DNA of 64,000 nt from an uncultured delta proteobacterium (lineage in GTDB: Bacteria > Myxococcota_A > Polyangia > Polyangiales > JAFGIB01): assembly GCA_963778655.1 (NCBI GenBank), contig CAVZVA010000009.1:256001-320000 (forward strand), read 5' to 3'. Below the pieces are notes generated by a model. The model saw nothing but the letters and a program-made list of their open reading frames with translations. It was not told the DNA's origin and did not search any database. This document shows positions 52,872 to 63,628 of the stretch, in pieces; position 1 is the first letter of the stretch; each line of letters begins with the position of its first letter. The translations under genes were made by a program, and so were the position numbers.

Positions 52872-53821
52872 GGGGTGATCTCGCGCAGCCACGCTGGCAT
52901 GAAGAGCAAGACGAACAGGCTCAGTGTGACCCAGGCCAGCACGCGCCGGCGCGGCGACAGCGGCCCAGGGTCGGTCGGGGGATGCTCGCGCCCGTCGCCG
53001 CGTCCGCCGAAGCGCGCCATCAGCGACAGCAGCAGCCACCACACCAGCCACGGCGTGCCTGCGCCGAGCTGACCCCACAGCGCGTCGCCGCGCTTGCCCG
53101 CCATGAACGCGGGCAGGCCGTAGAACAGCGCCACCGCGATGCCCAGCGGAAACAGCGCGCGCCGCAGCTTGCGCGAGAGATCCTGGTAGCGCTCGCCGAG
53201 CAGCGCGTAGGCCACGTGGCCGCCGTCGAGCTGCACCGCGGGGATCAGGTTCAGCATGGTCACCAGCAGCCCGGCCCAGCCCGCGAACGCCGTCGGCCCG
53301 AGCATGATGTCGTAGCCCTCGGGGATCGGTCCCTTGAGCAGGTGCAGCAGCGCGACGTAGAGCAGCGAGCGGCCCTCCATGAAATACACCACGCCGTGCG
53401 GCTCGGGCTGCACCGGCGAGTGCACGATCCCGTAGGCCAGCACCGGCAGCGCGACCACCAGCCCCGCCAGCGGGCCGGCCGCGCCGATGTCGAGCAGCGC
53501 GTCGCGGCGTGCGATGCGATCGCGCATCAGGATCACGGCGCCCATGGTGCCGAGTGGCGGCACCGGCAGCGGCACGAAGTATGGCGGTGAAGCGGGCACG
53601 CGATGGATGCGCGCCGCGACGTAGTGCCCGAGCTCGTGCGCGAGCAGGATCGCCATCAGCGGCACGGAGTAGCTGAGCCCGGAGAGCAGACCCTTGCCTT
53701 CGGCCCAGGCCGAGCCCACGAACGTGGTCGACACGCAGGTCAACGCGAACAGCCCCGCGGCCAGCGCAAAGCGCGGCTTGGGCGGCGGCGCGTCGTCGAG
53801 CTGGTCGTCCTCGTCGTTCAT
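52868..53821 (-). CDS. Site-2 protease (peptidase M50)
   Basis: 'HELGH', 'AAGPLAG', 'NLIPAVQLDGGH'. Confidence 0.92.
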   Translation of the reverse strand: MNDEDDQLDDAPPPKPRFALAAGLFALTCVSTTFVGSAWAEGKGLLSGLSYSVPLMAILLAHELGHYVAARIHRVPASPPYFVPLPVPPLGTMGAVILMRDRIARRDALLDIGAAGPLAGLVVALPVLAYGIVHSPVQPEPHGVVYFMEGRSLLYVALLHLLKGPIPEGYDIMLGPTAFAGWAGLLVTMLNLIPAVQLDGGHVAYALLGERYQDLSRKLRRALFPLGIAVALFYGLPAFMAGKRGDALWGQLGAGTPWLVWWLLLSLMARFGGRGDGREHPPTDPGPLSPRRRVLAWVTLSLFVLLFMPAWLREITP

Positions 53822-54381
53822 GTCGCGCGCAAGGCGCGCGCGAGCGCCTGAAGCTGGGTCTCGATCCGGGCGTCGAGCGAGCCGAGCTCGCTCTGCACCA
53901 CGCAGTCGCCGCGCTCGAGGGTCGGATCGTGCTCGAGTTGCACGCCGGCCGCGAGCTCGGCCTGCGCGCACAGCGCCCGTAGACAGGGCTCGAGCGCCGC
54001 GCCGTCGTCGGGGTGCACGCGCAGGGTGACCTGGCGCGCGCGGCGCAGGCGGCGCAGCAGCGGAACGACCATCTCGGCCACGGCGGCGGGACGCACGCTG
54101 AGCTCCTGGCCGACGATGCGGCGCGCGGCGAGCAGCGCGAGCTCGACCGCCTGCGGCTCGAGCGCCTGCAGCGCGCGCTCGCGCTCCTGCGCCTGTGCGA
54201 GCAACCCGGCCGCCAGCTCGGCACGGCCCTCGGCGCGGCCCTCGACCCGCGCGGCGGCCGCGATCTGCTCGGCTTGGGCCCGGGCGCGCTCCAGGATTGC
54301 GCGTGCCTGCGCGGTGGCATCGGCCACCTCCGCGGCGATCACTGCGGGACCGGCTCGGTCGGCTCGGATCACGCGCCCCAC
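53818..54381 (-). CDS. SctL/FliH (HrpE/YscL) family stator-like protein
   Basis: 'EGRAEG' repeats, 'LRVHPDD', 'DPTLERGDCVVQSELGSLDARIETQL'. Confidence 0.8.
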   Translation of the reverse strand: MGRVIRADRAGPAVIAAEVADATAQARAILERARAQAEQIAAAARVEGRAEGRAELAAGLLAQAQERERALQALEPQAVELALLAARRIVGQELSVRPAAVAEMVVPLLRRLRRARQVTLRVHPDDGAALEPCLRALCAQAELAAGVQLEHDPTLERGDCVVQSELGSLDARIETQLQALARALRAT

Positions 54382-54385
54382 GGCG

Positions 54386-54772
54386 TCACCCTTCGGGCCG
54401 TGCGGCGAGCGCGCGCAGCAGCGCGAGCAGGCGCGGGTCGGGGACGAAGCCTGCGCGTGGCAGCGGCGCGCGTGCGAGCCAGCTGCGTCCGGTGGCGCCA
54501 CCGACGGCGGGCGCGAGCAGGGCGAGCGCGCGCGGCGGCCGGCCCGGTTGCGCCGTGGGCAGAGGCTCGCGCGCTTGCAACAGGGCGCGCACCCAGGCAC
54601 GCCGCCCGTCGCGATCGGTCGCGGCCATCCGCGTGGCGACCTGAAGCGCGCGCTCGGCAACCGCCGCCGAGAGCCCGCGCACGGTCGCGGCGGCCCCACG
54701 ATTGGCGTGCGCGGCTGCGGCCAGCGCGAATCCCTGCTGACGGCGCTGCGACCATTCCACGGCGCCTGGCAT
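54386..54772 (-). CDS. Hypothetical protein upstream of the SctL-like gene
   Basis: Stops 4 nt before the SctL-like start; Ala-rich; start uncertain (possibly GTG 54760). Confidence 0.45.
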   Translation of the reverse strand: MPGAVEWSQRRQQGFALAAAAHANRGAAATVRGLSAAVAERALQVATRMAATDRDGRRAWVRALLQAREPLPTAQPGRPPRALALLAPAVGGATGRSWLARAPLPRAGFVPDPRLLALLRALAARPEG

Positions 54773-54836
54773 AGCACACTTGGCTCACGCCGGCCGCCGC
54801 TGCCCCTGCGCCCGTTGCCGGTATACTTGCGGCATC

Positions 54837-55834
<998 letters not shown>

Positions 55835-55838
<4 letters not shown>

Positions 55839-57139
55839 CCAACACCGCGAACGCGCTCCGCTACTGGCCCCAGACCGACGTCGGCAGGCTGCGTGACGGC
55901 AACGAGGACAGCTTCCTGGTCGACAAGGGGCTGAACCTGGCGGTGGTCGCGGACGGCATGGGCGGGCACGCGGCGGGCGAGATCGCGAGCGGCCTCGCGG
56001 TGCACGTGCTACGCGACACCCTGCACGGCGACAAGGGCCTGCTGGAGGCGTTCGAGCGCGGCGTCGGCGTCACCGGGCGCAAGGACGTGCTGCGGCTGCT
56101 GGAGCTGGCGGTGCAAAAGGCCTGCGCCGCGATCTACGCCGAGGCCCAGCGCGATCCGGGCAAACGCGGCATGGGCACGACCGTGGTCGCGCTGCTGATC
56201 CTCGGCAGCCGCGGGTTCATCGCGCATGTGGGCGATTCGCGCATCTACCTGCTGCGCGGCGGCGCGGCGCATCAGCTGACCGAGGATCACTCCCTGATCA
56301 ACGAGCTGCTCAAGCGCGGCCGCTTGACCCCGGAGCAGATCGGCAAGCTCAACATGAAGAACGCGGTCACTCGGGCGGTGGGGGTGTACGAGAGCGTGGA
56401 AGTCGACACGCTGGATTTCGACGTGCTGGCCGGAGACCGCTTCCTGCTGTGCAGCGACGGCCTGACCGAGTACGCCGAGCCCGCCGACATCCTGCGCATT
56501 TTCGCCGAGATGCCCGAGGAAGAGCTGGCGCAGGCGTTCATCGATCACGCCAACCAGGCGGGTGGCAAGGACAACATCACGGCGCTGGTGGTGTCGGTGC
56601 CCGATGCCGCGGCCGGGCTCGACCGGCTCGCCAGCGAGGTCAATCTCAAGCTCGAGACGCTGCACCGCATGCCGCTTTTCCGCCACCTCACCTATCAGGA
56701 GCTGGTGAGGGTGATGAACATCGTCGACGTGCGCGACTTCGTCGCCGAGCAACGCGTGATCGAGGAGGGCGAGGAGGGCGACGAAATGTTCATCGTCCTG
56801 ACCGGCGAGGTGCGCGTGCACTCGGGCGACACCAAGATCACCGCGCTCGGCCCGGGCCAACACTTCGGCGAGATGGCGCTGGTCGACAAGGTGCCGCGCA
56901 GCGCGAGCGTCACGGCGGAGAAGCCGGCCAAGCTGATGGTGATGCGGCGGCGCGATTTCTTCGACATCGTGCGCAAGGATCACGACGTCGCGGTCAAGCT
57001 GCTGTGGGCGTTCCTGGGCGTGCTCACCGAGCGCCTGCGCCGCACCTCCCACGACCTCGGCGACGCCCGCGACCAGCTCGCCCTGCTGCTGACCAGCGAG
57101 ATGTTGAGCGATGCGGACGTGCAGGAGATAAAAGGGTAG
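55835..57139 (+). CDS. PP2C-type Ser/Thr phosphatase fused to a cyclic-nucleotide-binding domain
   Basis: 'NEDS', 'ADGMGGH', 'HVGDSR', 'CSDGL', 'GGKDNIT'; cNMP 'FGEMAL...PRSA'. Confidence 0.92.
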
Positions 57140-57165
57140 CCAAGCCAAGAGCACGGCGATCGGCC

Positions 57166-58035
57166 TCAGCGTTTGATCGCGTTGGCCAGGCGTTCGTAGC
57201 TGATCAAGGGCTCGCGGCTGGGGGAAGGGCAGAGCGCGTGGGCCCAGTCGCGGGTGTCGGTGTCGTCTTCGAGCGCGAAGCCCTCTTCGTGCAGCCAGCG
57301 CGCCATCTGCTCCGCGGACACGGCGCTGTGCAGCGGCTCGCCGAGCAGGCGCATCGAGGCCAGCAGCAGCGGCCTGGCGTGACGCAGCCACACCAGATCG
57401 GGCGTGACGTAGGTCAAGAGCAGGCGAGAGCCGGGCGCCGACGCCAGGCCGATCTCGTGCAGCAATTGCGGGATCGCTGGGGGCTCGAGGTAGGGCACGA
57501 GCCCCTCCACGATCCACAGGCTGGGCTCCGCGCCGCTGTGTCCCGCGGCCGCCAGCGCCTGCTGCAGCCGGCCGCTCTCCAGATCGAGCGCCACGTAGCG
57601 CAGCTCCCCCGCGAGCACCACCAGATCGCGGGTGCGCTCGCGCTTTTCGCGCTGGCTGTCGGGGTGGTCGACCTCGTAGACGCGCGCGTCGCGCAGCGCG
57701 GCCAGCCTGTACGCCCGCGTGTCGAGCCCTGCACCCAGGATCACGACCTGGTGCGTGCCTTGCTCCAGCGCTGCCTGCACGCGCTGGTCGATCGCGGCGC
57801 TTCGCAGCGCCAGGTGGTCGACCATGCCCAGGCTGGCGTGTGTGGCGGCGCTCGCGATCCAGCCCCGACCGGCGTCGCCTGCTCGCAGCGCCTGAACGGC
57901 AAGCGAAAGCGGCCGGGGCAACAGGCGTTCGGCGATGCGATCGCCGGGATCGAGCAGGGCGCCTTTCGTGCTCGAGGCGAGCGCCCGCGCAGCGGCCACG
58001 GCCGCGGCAGTCAGACTGGCGTGTCCTCTACGCAT
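57166..58035 (-). CDS. Class I SAM-dependent methyltransferase (LCM/TIGR00027-like)
   Basis: 'QVVILGAGLDTRAYRL', 'YEVDHP', 'EGLVPYL'. Confidence 0.88.
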   Translation of the reverse strand: MRRGHASLTAAAVAAARALASSTKGALLDPGDRIAERLLPRPLSLAVQALRAGDAGRGWIASAATHASLGMVDHLALRSAAIDQRVQAALEQGTHQVVILGAGLDTRAYRLAALRDARVYEVDHPDSQREKRERTRDLVVLAGELRYVALDLESGRLQQALAAAGHSGAEPSLWIVEGLVPYLEPPAIPQLLHEIGLASAPGSRLLLTYVTPDLVWLRHARPLLLASMRLLGEPLHSAVSAEQMARWLHEEGFALEDDTDTRDWAHALCPSPSREPLISYERLANAIKR

Positions 58036-58099
58036 CTAGCGAGGCTGTGTCCCGGACCCGTTCGACACGTTGCTCGGCTCGCGTCGAGACTGGGCCTCG

Positions 58100-58192
58100 C
58101 TAGCTTCTGTGACCGGGAGGGGCACGCGCCTCTCCCGCCCCGTCGGCAAAGCCGCCGGCGCTCCACCCGTCCGCGGGGTCGCTTCGCTCCGC
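58100..58192 (-). repeat. REP-like family B copy within a stack of CTAG-bounded modules (58036-58300)
   Basis: Reverse complement aligns with 22111-22207; adjacent 68-bp module CTAGCGAGGC...GCCTCGCTAG. Confidence 0.75.
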
Positions 58193-58395
58193 TTTCCGCA
58201 GCTCGAATCAGTTGTGCGCATCAGCCAACCCCTGTTTGTCTACGGCTCGAAGCGGTGTCGCCGTCGATGGCAGCGGGCGACTCCGCGAGCTGAATTCTAG
58301 CACGCGGTGCCTCTCTTTTCGCTCGAGCAAATCGTGGTATCGTCCGCGCTCGCCGGGAGGGTCGCGCGGGGCCTTCGCCTCCGGCTCCGTGGCGC

Positions 58396-59778
58396 ATGAG
58401 GTTACTCCAGCGCGTTCTGATTCGGGTCTCGCCCCTGGCCGCGTGGCTTGTGCTGCTCGTGGCGCCGCAGACCGCGCGTGCCGATCAGCCCAGCGGTCCG
58501 CTGATGCAGAAGCCGATCGGGTATACCGACGTCGCCGACGCCTTCGATCAGGACAACCCCGTCGACCTCAATCTCGAGCTCGGGTACGTGCGCAACATGA
58601 CCTCCGGCACGATCGAGCGCGAGGTGGCCGACGCGTCGTCGCAGGACGGTCGCAGCACGCGCCATCACGTAGATGTCGCGCGCAGCGTGCGCGTCAGGAA
58701 CGAGCTCGCGTTGCGGTTGGAGGTCGGCATCTGGCACGATCTCATGTTGTTCCTGCGCCTGCCGATCGTGCTCAGCGACGACAACGAGCTGCGCCCCGTG
58801 AGCGGCTCGAAGTGTGCGTCCGCGACCAACGACCAGGGTTGTCCTGCCCTGTCGGAGCCGGTAGGTGGAACGGCAGCGGCGCCGACCACGCAACCGCTCT
58901 TCAACCTCAGCGACAAGCTGGTCTCGGCGCGGCGCTCGGGTCTGCCGAACGTCGATGTCGGCGCGGCGTGGGCGCCGATGAACCAGTATCGCTCGCCGTA
59001 CCTGCCTACGTGGGTCTTGGTCTTCCGGATCTCGGCCAACACGGGCAGCGTGATGCGCCCCTGCGTGCAAGGCGGAACGACGGGCTGCAAGCCGGGCGTG
59101 AGCCACGGCACCGCGGGGCTCACGCTCGAGTCGCGCTGGTCCTATCGCTACCGCTATCTCGAGCCCTTCCTGGGCATCAGCCACACCTTCACCTGGGTGG
59201 CGGGCGGCCAGAGCGTCTACGCCCCCCTGGGCAAGCTCGAGGGAGTCGTCGACGACGGACCGCCTTCGTTCACGCAGGGCACGCTGGGCACCGCCTTCAT
59301 CCCCTGGGAGGATCGTGGGCGCTGGCAGCGCTTGGAGATCGACTTGCGCGGCACCGCCACCCTGATCTCTGCGGGCCGCGATTTCTCGCCGCTGTTCGAC
59401 GCGCTCGGCGCGTCCAACAACCCGCAGCTCAAGCAGCCCAACATGGCGCCCAACGGGCGCTCGCTACAATTCACCGGACTCACCAACGTCGAGAGTCACG
59501 CGCGTCTCGGGATCCGCGCCGCGGTCGCGGTGCAGGCCGCGCGCCACGTGCGCTTCGGTCTGGGCCTGGGCTTCTCCTTCCTGACCACGCATCTGATCAC
59601 CGGCGCCCCGCCCTGCGACGTCAGCGCGAGCACGCCCGTGGCCGGCGGCAGCAATGGCTGCGCAGCGGGTGTCTACAACCCGGTGCACCGGCCCGCCATC
59701 GACACTCCGGGCCGGCGCTTCCGGCTCGAGGGCGACCTGGACGTACAGCTCTCCGGCACGGCTACCGGTCAGTTCTAG
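58396..59778 (+). CDS. Putative outer-membrane beta-barrel protein
   Basis: Signal peptide; alternating beta-strands; C-terminal Phe; Cys pairs in loops. Confidence 0.6.
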   Translation: MRLLQRVLIRVSPLAAWLVLLVAPQTARADQPSGPLMQKPIGYTDVADAFDQDNPVDLNLELGYVRNMTSGTIEREVADASSQDGRSTRHHVDVARSVRVRNELALRLEVGIWHDLMLFLRLPIVLSDDNELRPVSGSKCASATNDQGCPALSEPVGGTAAAPTTQPLFNLSDKLVSARRSGLPNVDVGAAWAPMNQYRSPYLPTWVLVFRISANTGSVMRPCVQGGTTGCKPGVSHGTAGLTLESRWSYRYRYLEPFLGISHTFTWVAGGQSVYAPLGKLEGVVDDGPPSFTQGTLGTAFIPWEDRGRWQRLEIDLRGTATLISAGRDFSPLFDALGASNNPQLKQPNMAPNGRSLQFTGLTNVESHARLGIRAAVAVQAARHVRFGLGLGFSFLTTHLITGAPPCDVSASTPVAGGSNGCAAGVYNPVHRPAIDTPGRRFRLEGDLDVQLSGTATGQF

Positions 59779-59810
59779 CCGCTCGTGGCCGGGCGATCGA
59801 TTCAGGAGCT

Positions 59811-59879
59811 CACAGGAAGGCGGCAAGCTGGGAAGAAGGCCGCCAATCCTCAGCGCTTCTCGTCTTCCCGCCTTCCTGT
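59811..59879 (+). repeat. Palindromic repeat family C
   Basis: CACAGGAAGGCGGCAAGCTGGGAAG...CTTCTCGTCTTCCCGCCTTCCTGT between convergent genes. Confidence 0.7.
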
Positions 59880-59880
59880 T

Positions 59881-60738
59881 TCATGTGCGCCGGCCTCGCG
59901 CGGCGAGCGCTTGCACGCGCGCGTAGACCAGCCGGCGGGGCAGGCCGGTCTCGCGCGCCAGCTGGCGGGTCGCGTCGCGCGCCGAGACGCCGGCAGCGAG
60001 CAGGGCCGCGATGCGCGGCTCGAGCGCGGGCCCGGGCTCGGCGCTCGCCGGCGCCACGGCTGCGCGCGGGCCGCTGCCCACGACCACCGTGATTTCACCA
60101 CGCGTGCCTTGCGCGAAGTGCGCGCACAGCTCGGCAGCGGTCCCCCGCACGACTTGCTCGTGCAGCTTGGTCAGCTCGCGGCACACCGCGAGCCGTCGCT
60201 CCGGCGCCAGCCGCGGCGCGAGCTCGGCGAGCGTGGCGCAGAGCCGCGCCGGCGACTCAAAGAACACGCTGGTCGACGGATCGCCCGCGATGGCGTCGAG
60301 CCACGCCCGCCGTTTGGCCCCGCTGCGGGGCGCAAAGCCGGCAAAGCGGAAGGCGTCGAACGGCAGCCCGCACACGCTGAGCGCCGCGACCACGGCGCTC
60401 GGGCCGGGAATGCTCTCGATCGCGGCCCCGCGTTCCGAAGCGGCGCGTACCAAGCTCGCGCCCGGATCGCTGATCAGCGGCGTGCCCGCGTCGGTCACCA
60501 GCGCCAGGTGAAGGCCGGCGTCGAGGTCGGCCAGGCAACGCTCGAGCACGGCCGGGCTCGAGTGCGCGTGCAGCGCGCGCAGCTTGGCCGCGATGCCGTG
60601 ATGCGACAGCAGCTTCCGCGTCTGCCGCGTGTCCTCGGCCAGTACCGTGTCCGCCTCCCGCAGCGTGCGCAGCGCGCGCAGCGTGATGTCCTCGAGGTGG
60701 CCGATCGGCGTGGCCACGATCGAGAGCCGGCCCGCCAA
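59881..60738 (-). CDS. rsmI: 16S rRNA C1402 2'-O-methyltransferase
   Basis: 'VATPIGHLEDIT.RA', 'EDTR', 'DAGTPLISDPG', 'RELTKLHE'; TTG start. Confidence 0.93.
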   Translation of the reverse strand: MAGRLSIVATPIGHLEDITLRALRTLREADTVLAEDTRQTRKLLSHHGIAAKLRALHAHSSPAVLERCLADLDAGLHLALVTDAGTPLISDPGASLVRAASERGAAIESIPGPSAVVAALSVCGLPFDAFRFAGFAPRSGAKRRAWLDAIAGDPSTSVFFESPARLCATLAELAPRLAPERRLAVCRELTKLHEQVVRGTAAELCAHFAQGTRGEITVVVGSGPRAAVAPASAEPGPALEPRIAALLAAGVSARDATRQLARETGLPRRLVYARVQALAARGRRT

Positions 60739-60740
60739 TC

Positions 60741-61796
60741 CTAATCTCCGAGCACGCCCTCGCCCAGCTCGCGGGCGAGGTATTCCTTGAGCCGCAGCTG
60801 CACGCGCTTTTCCAGCTGGCGCACGCGCTCGCGGCTGACCCCGAACTCCTCGCCCAGGTCCTGCAGCGTGCGCGGCTCGTCCGCAAGCATGCGCTGGTGG
60901 AAGATGCGAGCCTCCTTGCCCTGCAGGCGCTTGCCGAATTCGCCGATCTTCGCGTGCACCAAGTCGTTGACCTCGGCGTCGGCCAGCACGTCGTCCACGC
61001 GGCGAGCGCTTTCGGCCAGTAGCTCGACGCGGCTGGGCGAGCCGTCCTCGGCGCCGCGCACCGGCGTGTCGAGCGAGGCGTCGCCGGCCGACAGCCTGCG
61101 CTCCATCTGCACGACGTCGTCCTCCGGCACGTTGAGTCGCTTGCCGATGATCGCAGCGGTCGGCTCGATGCCCATCGCGGCCAGGCGCGCGCGCTCCTTG
61201 CGCAGATTGAAGAAGAGCTTGCGTTGCGCCTGGGTGGTCCCGAGCTTGACCAGCCGCGCGTTGTTGAGGATGAAGCGCAAGATGTACGCGCGGATCCACC
61301 AGGCCGCGTAGGTCGATAGCTTGACCCCCTTGTAAGGGTCGTACTTCTTGACCGCCTGCATCAGCCCGATGCTGCCTTCCTGGATCAAGTCGGGGATCTG
61401 CTTGTGCGCGCGACGGTACTCGTAGGCGATCTTGACCACCAGGCGCAGATTGGCCGTGACCAAGGTGGCTGCTGCATCCAGGTCGCCGTGCTCATAGTAC
61501 TTGAGCGCCGCCTCGCGCTCCTCCGCAGGCGTGAGCAGGCGGTGGCGCTGCACGTCGCGCATGTACGCTTGCAGCGGGTCGTAGCGCGCGAGCGGCCCAG
61601 TCTTGCTCGCGGCGCTCCTTCGCGTCTCGCCCTCGGAGGCCGCGAGCGAGCCCTCGTCGACCAGCTCGGCCGCCAAGGCGTCCCCGTCGTCGCCGTCGGA
61701 CGCGCGCGCGGCTTGGTCATCGCCTCGTGCGTCCTCGTGGTCGGTCGGCGGCGGCCGCGCGCTCCTGCGATCGGCGGATTCCATCAGGTCGGGCAT
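60741..61796 (-). CDS. RNA polymerase sigma-32 (RpoH-box) factor
   Basis: 'DLIQEG', 'YAAWWIRA', RpoH box 'TQAQRKLFFNLRK', 'VSRERVRQLE'. Confidence 0.92.
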   Translation of the reverse strand: MPDLMESADRRSARPPPTDHEDARGDDQAARASDGDDGDALAAELVDEGSLAASEGETRRSAASKTGPLARYDPLQAYMRDVQRHRLLTPAEEREAALKYYEHGDLDAAATLVTANLRLVVKIAYEYRRAHKQIPDLIQEGSIGLMQAVKKYDPYKGVKLSTYAAWWIRAYILRFILNNARLVKLGTTQAQRKLFFNLRKERARLAAMGIEPTAAIIGKRLNVPEDDVVQMERRLSAGDASLDTPVRGAEDGSPSRVELLAESARRVDDVLADAEVNDLVHAKIGEFGKRLQGKEARIFHQRMLADEPRTLQDLGEEFGVSRERVRQLEKRVQLRLKEYLARELGEGVLGD

Positions 61797-61846
61797 CCTA
61801 GTCCCGCATCGGCAATCCGTCTACTCGACGCGCCTTAGGGACACCC

Positions 61847-62039
61847 CTAAATCAGAGCTCGCGATTCGGGGTCGAATCACAAACTCTGATTTCTCCTTTG
61901 ATTGTCAGGGAGTCGCGCCGACTCCCTCTGCACGAGGCAAAGCCTCGCGCATTCACCCTCTCGTGGTGGTGTGGCATCCGCCGCAGCCGCTACATGACCG
62001 ATCGGCATGGCCGTTCCCGAATCGTGATCGGTCATTTAG
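61847..62039. mobile_element. 193-bp MITE-like element (family A), copy 2
   Basis: Same ends and length as copy 1; overlaps the gspN stop codon. Confidence 0.8.
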
Positions 62040-63019
62040 CGCACGCGGATCTTGCGGATCGGCGCGGCGCTCGGCGCTGCCGGGGCCGCGCGCAGGCCGA
62101 TCAGCGGCCCGTTGATGCGGAAGCGCATCATCCCGTCGGGCCCCTTGAAGCGCCGCAAGCTGGCGTTCATCAGCTCCAGCATCGCCTTGGTGCGGGCGTT
62201 TTTCTTCGCGTACGCGTCGTTGACCTTGACCCCGAGCGTCAGATCCGCCCAGGACTGTCTGAGGTTGCGCACCAGGCGCACCGAGCCCGAGCCGCTGAGC
62301 TCCAAGTCCTTGCCCTTGGCTTCCATGCGCTCGACCGTCGCGATGCCTTCCTTGACGCTGAGCTTGAGCTCGAGCGTGCCGGCGTTGATGGTCTCGAGCG
62401 TCAGCCCACCGGCCATGCCCGGGATCTTGACCTTCGCCTTGCCGTCGCCGAGGCGAAGGTTCTCCACGCGCAGGTCGACGTTGCCCTGGGTCTCGGCCGG
62501 CTGATCCGAGAGCGTGACGTCCAGCTCGCCGCTGGCAGCGCCGGAGATCGGGATCCCCAGCTGGTTGCCGAGCGCCAGCCGGCCGAGGTCGAACGCGTCG
62601 AGCTCCGCCTGAACCCGCGCCGGGCCGGTCTTCTTTGCGGAGTAGCTGCCGCTGATCTCGCCGTCGCCTGCGACCGCGTCGAAGTGCACGCCGAGACCAC
62701 CGAAGAGCATGGTGAAGGGGGCGGCGCTGACCGTGAGCTTGTCGAGCTCGACGCTGCTCGGGGCGGCGCCGGGGGCCGCCGGCCGCTGCAGCTTCACCGA
62801 CCTGAAGGTGATGCCGGTGAGCCAGTGGGGTCCCTGATCGCCGATCTCCAGCTTGGTGCCGGGTGCGGCCGCGCTGGAGACCTTCGCCACCAGCAAGTCG
62901 CTCACACGCTCGTAGGGAAAGCTCAGGTAGGCGAAGAACACGAAGCACACCAGGAAGAATGCGCCGTATCCGGTCCCGACCATCAGGTTCTTGCGCGTGA
63001 TCGCCAGCATTGCTTGCAC
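62036..63019 (-). CDS. gspN: Type II secretion system protein N
   Basis: N-terminal TM 'FAYLSFPYE' then AsmA-like beta domain; last gene of an L-M-N run. Confidence 0.75.
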   Translation of the reverse strand: MQAMLAITRKNLMVGTGYGAFFLVCFVFFAYLSFPYERVSDLLVAKVSSAAAPGTKLEIGDQGPHWLTGITFRSVKLQRPAAPGAAPSSVELDKLTVSAAPFTMLFGGLGVHFDAVAGDGEISGSYSAKKTGPARVQAELDAFDLGRLALGNQLGIPISGAASGELDVTLSDQPAETQGNVDLRVENLRLGDGKAKVKIPGMAGGLTLETINAGTLELKLSVKEGIATVERMEAKGKDLELSGSGSVRLVRNLRQSWADLTLGVKVNDAYAKKNARTKAMLELMNASLRRFKGPDGMMRFRINGPLIGLRAAPAAPSAAPIRKIRVR

Positions 63020-63025
63020 GGTCCT

Positions 63026-63628
63026 TCAGCCGTCCGACGGGTTCGGTCCCATCCGTTCCGCCTTGGCCCCGGCGGGCTTGGCCTTGGTCTCCTTGTGATC
63101 GAAGGTCAGCACGCCCAGCTTGAAGCGGTAGCTGTCGCCGGGTTGGTAGTGCTCGATCTGCAGCTGGTCGATCGCGACCGGATAGGGGCTGGTGATGATG
63201 CCGTCCAGCAGCTCGACGATGCCGGTCAGGTCCACGTTGTTGATCGACGCGCGCACGCTGCGCCGCCGGTAGCTGCCCTCGGCCTTCTCCGGCTGATCGG
63301 TGACTTCGGTGATGGTCAGGCTCTGCTTTTTGGCCTGCTGCTCCAGAAAGGTGCCTAGCGGCGGGGTGTGGTGTGCGTAGCGCTCGGCCGCGAGCTTGCG
63401 TGCCTCGGCGAGCTGCTCCAGCTGGCCCCGGTGCTTCCCGATCAGCTGGAGTGCCTCGCGCAGCTCTGTGTTCGTCTCCTCGATTTCGGCGTTCTGGCGC
63501 GCGGTCCAGAACAGCGGGAAACCCAGCACGCAGACCGTGGCGACCACCCCGAGCACCGCGACCATGCGCTTCTCGCGGTCGTTGAGGTCGTCCCACATGC
63601 CGCGGGCTCGCTCGAGCAGCGCGTTCAT
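63026..63628 (-). CDS. gspM: Type II secretion system protein M
   Basis: 'WDDLNDREKR', TM helix, coiled coil, ferredoxin-like domain. Confidence 0.75.
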   Translation of the reverse strand: MNALLERARGMWDDLNDREKRMVAVLGVVATVCVLGFPLFWTARQNAEIEETNTELREALQLIGKHRGQLEQLAEARKLAAERYAHHTPPLGTFLEQQAKKQSLTITEVTDQPEKAEGSYRRRSVRASINNVDLTGIVELLDGIITSPYPVAIDQLQIEHYQPGDSYRFKLGVLTFDHKETKAKPAGAKAERMGPNPSDG

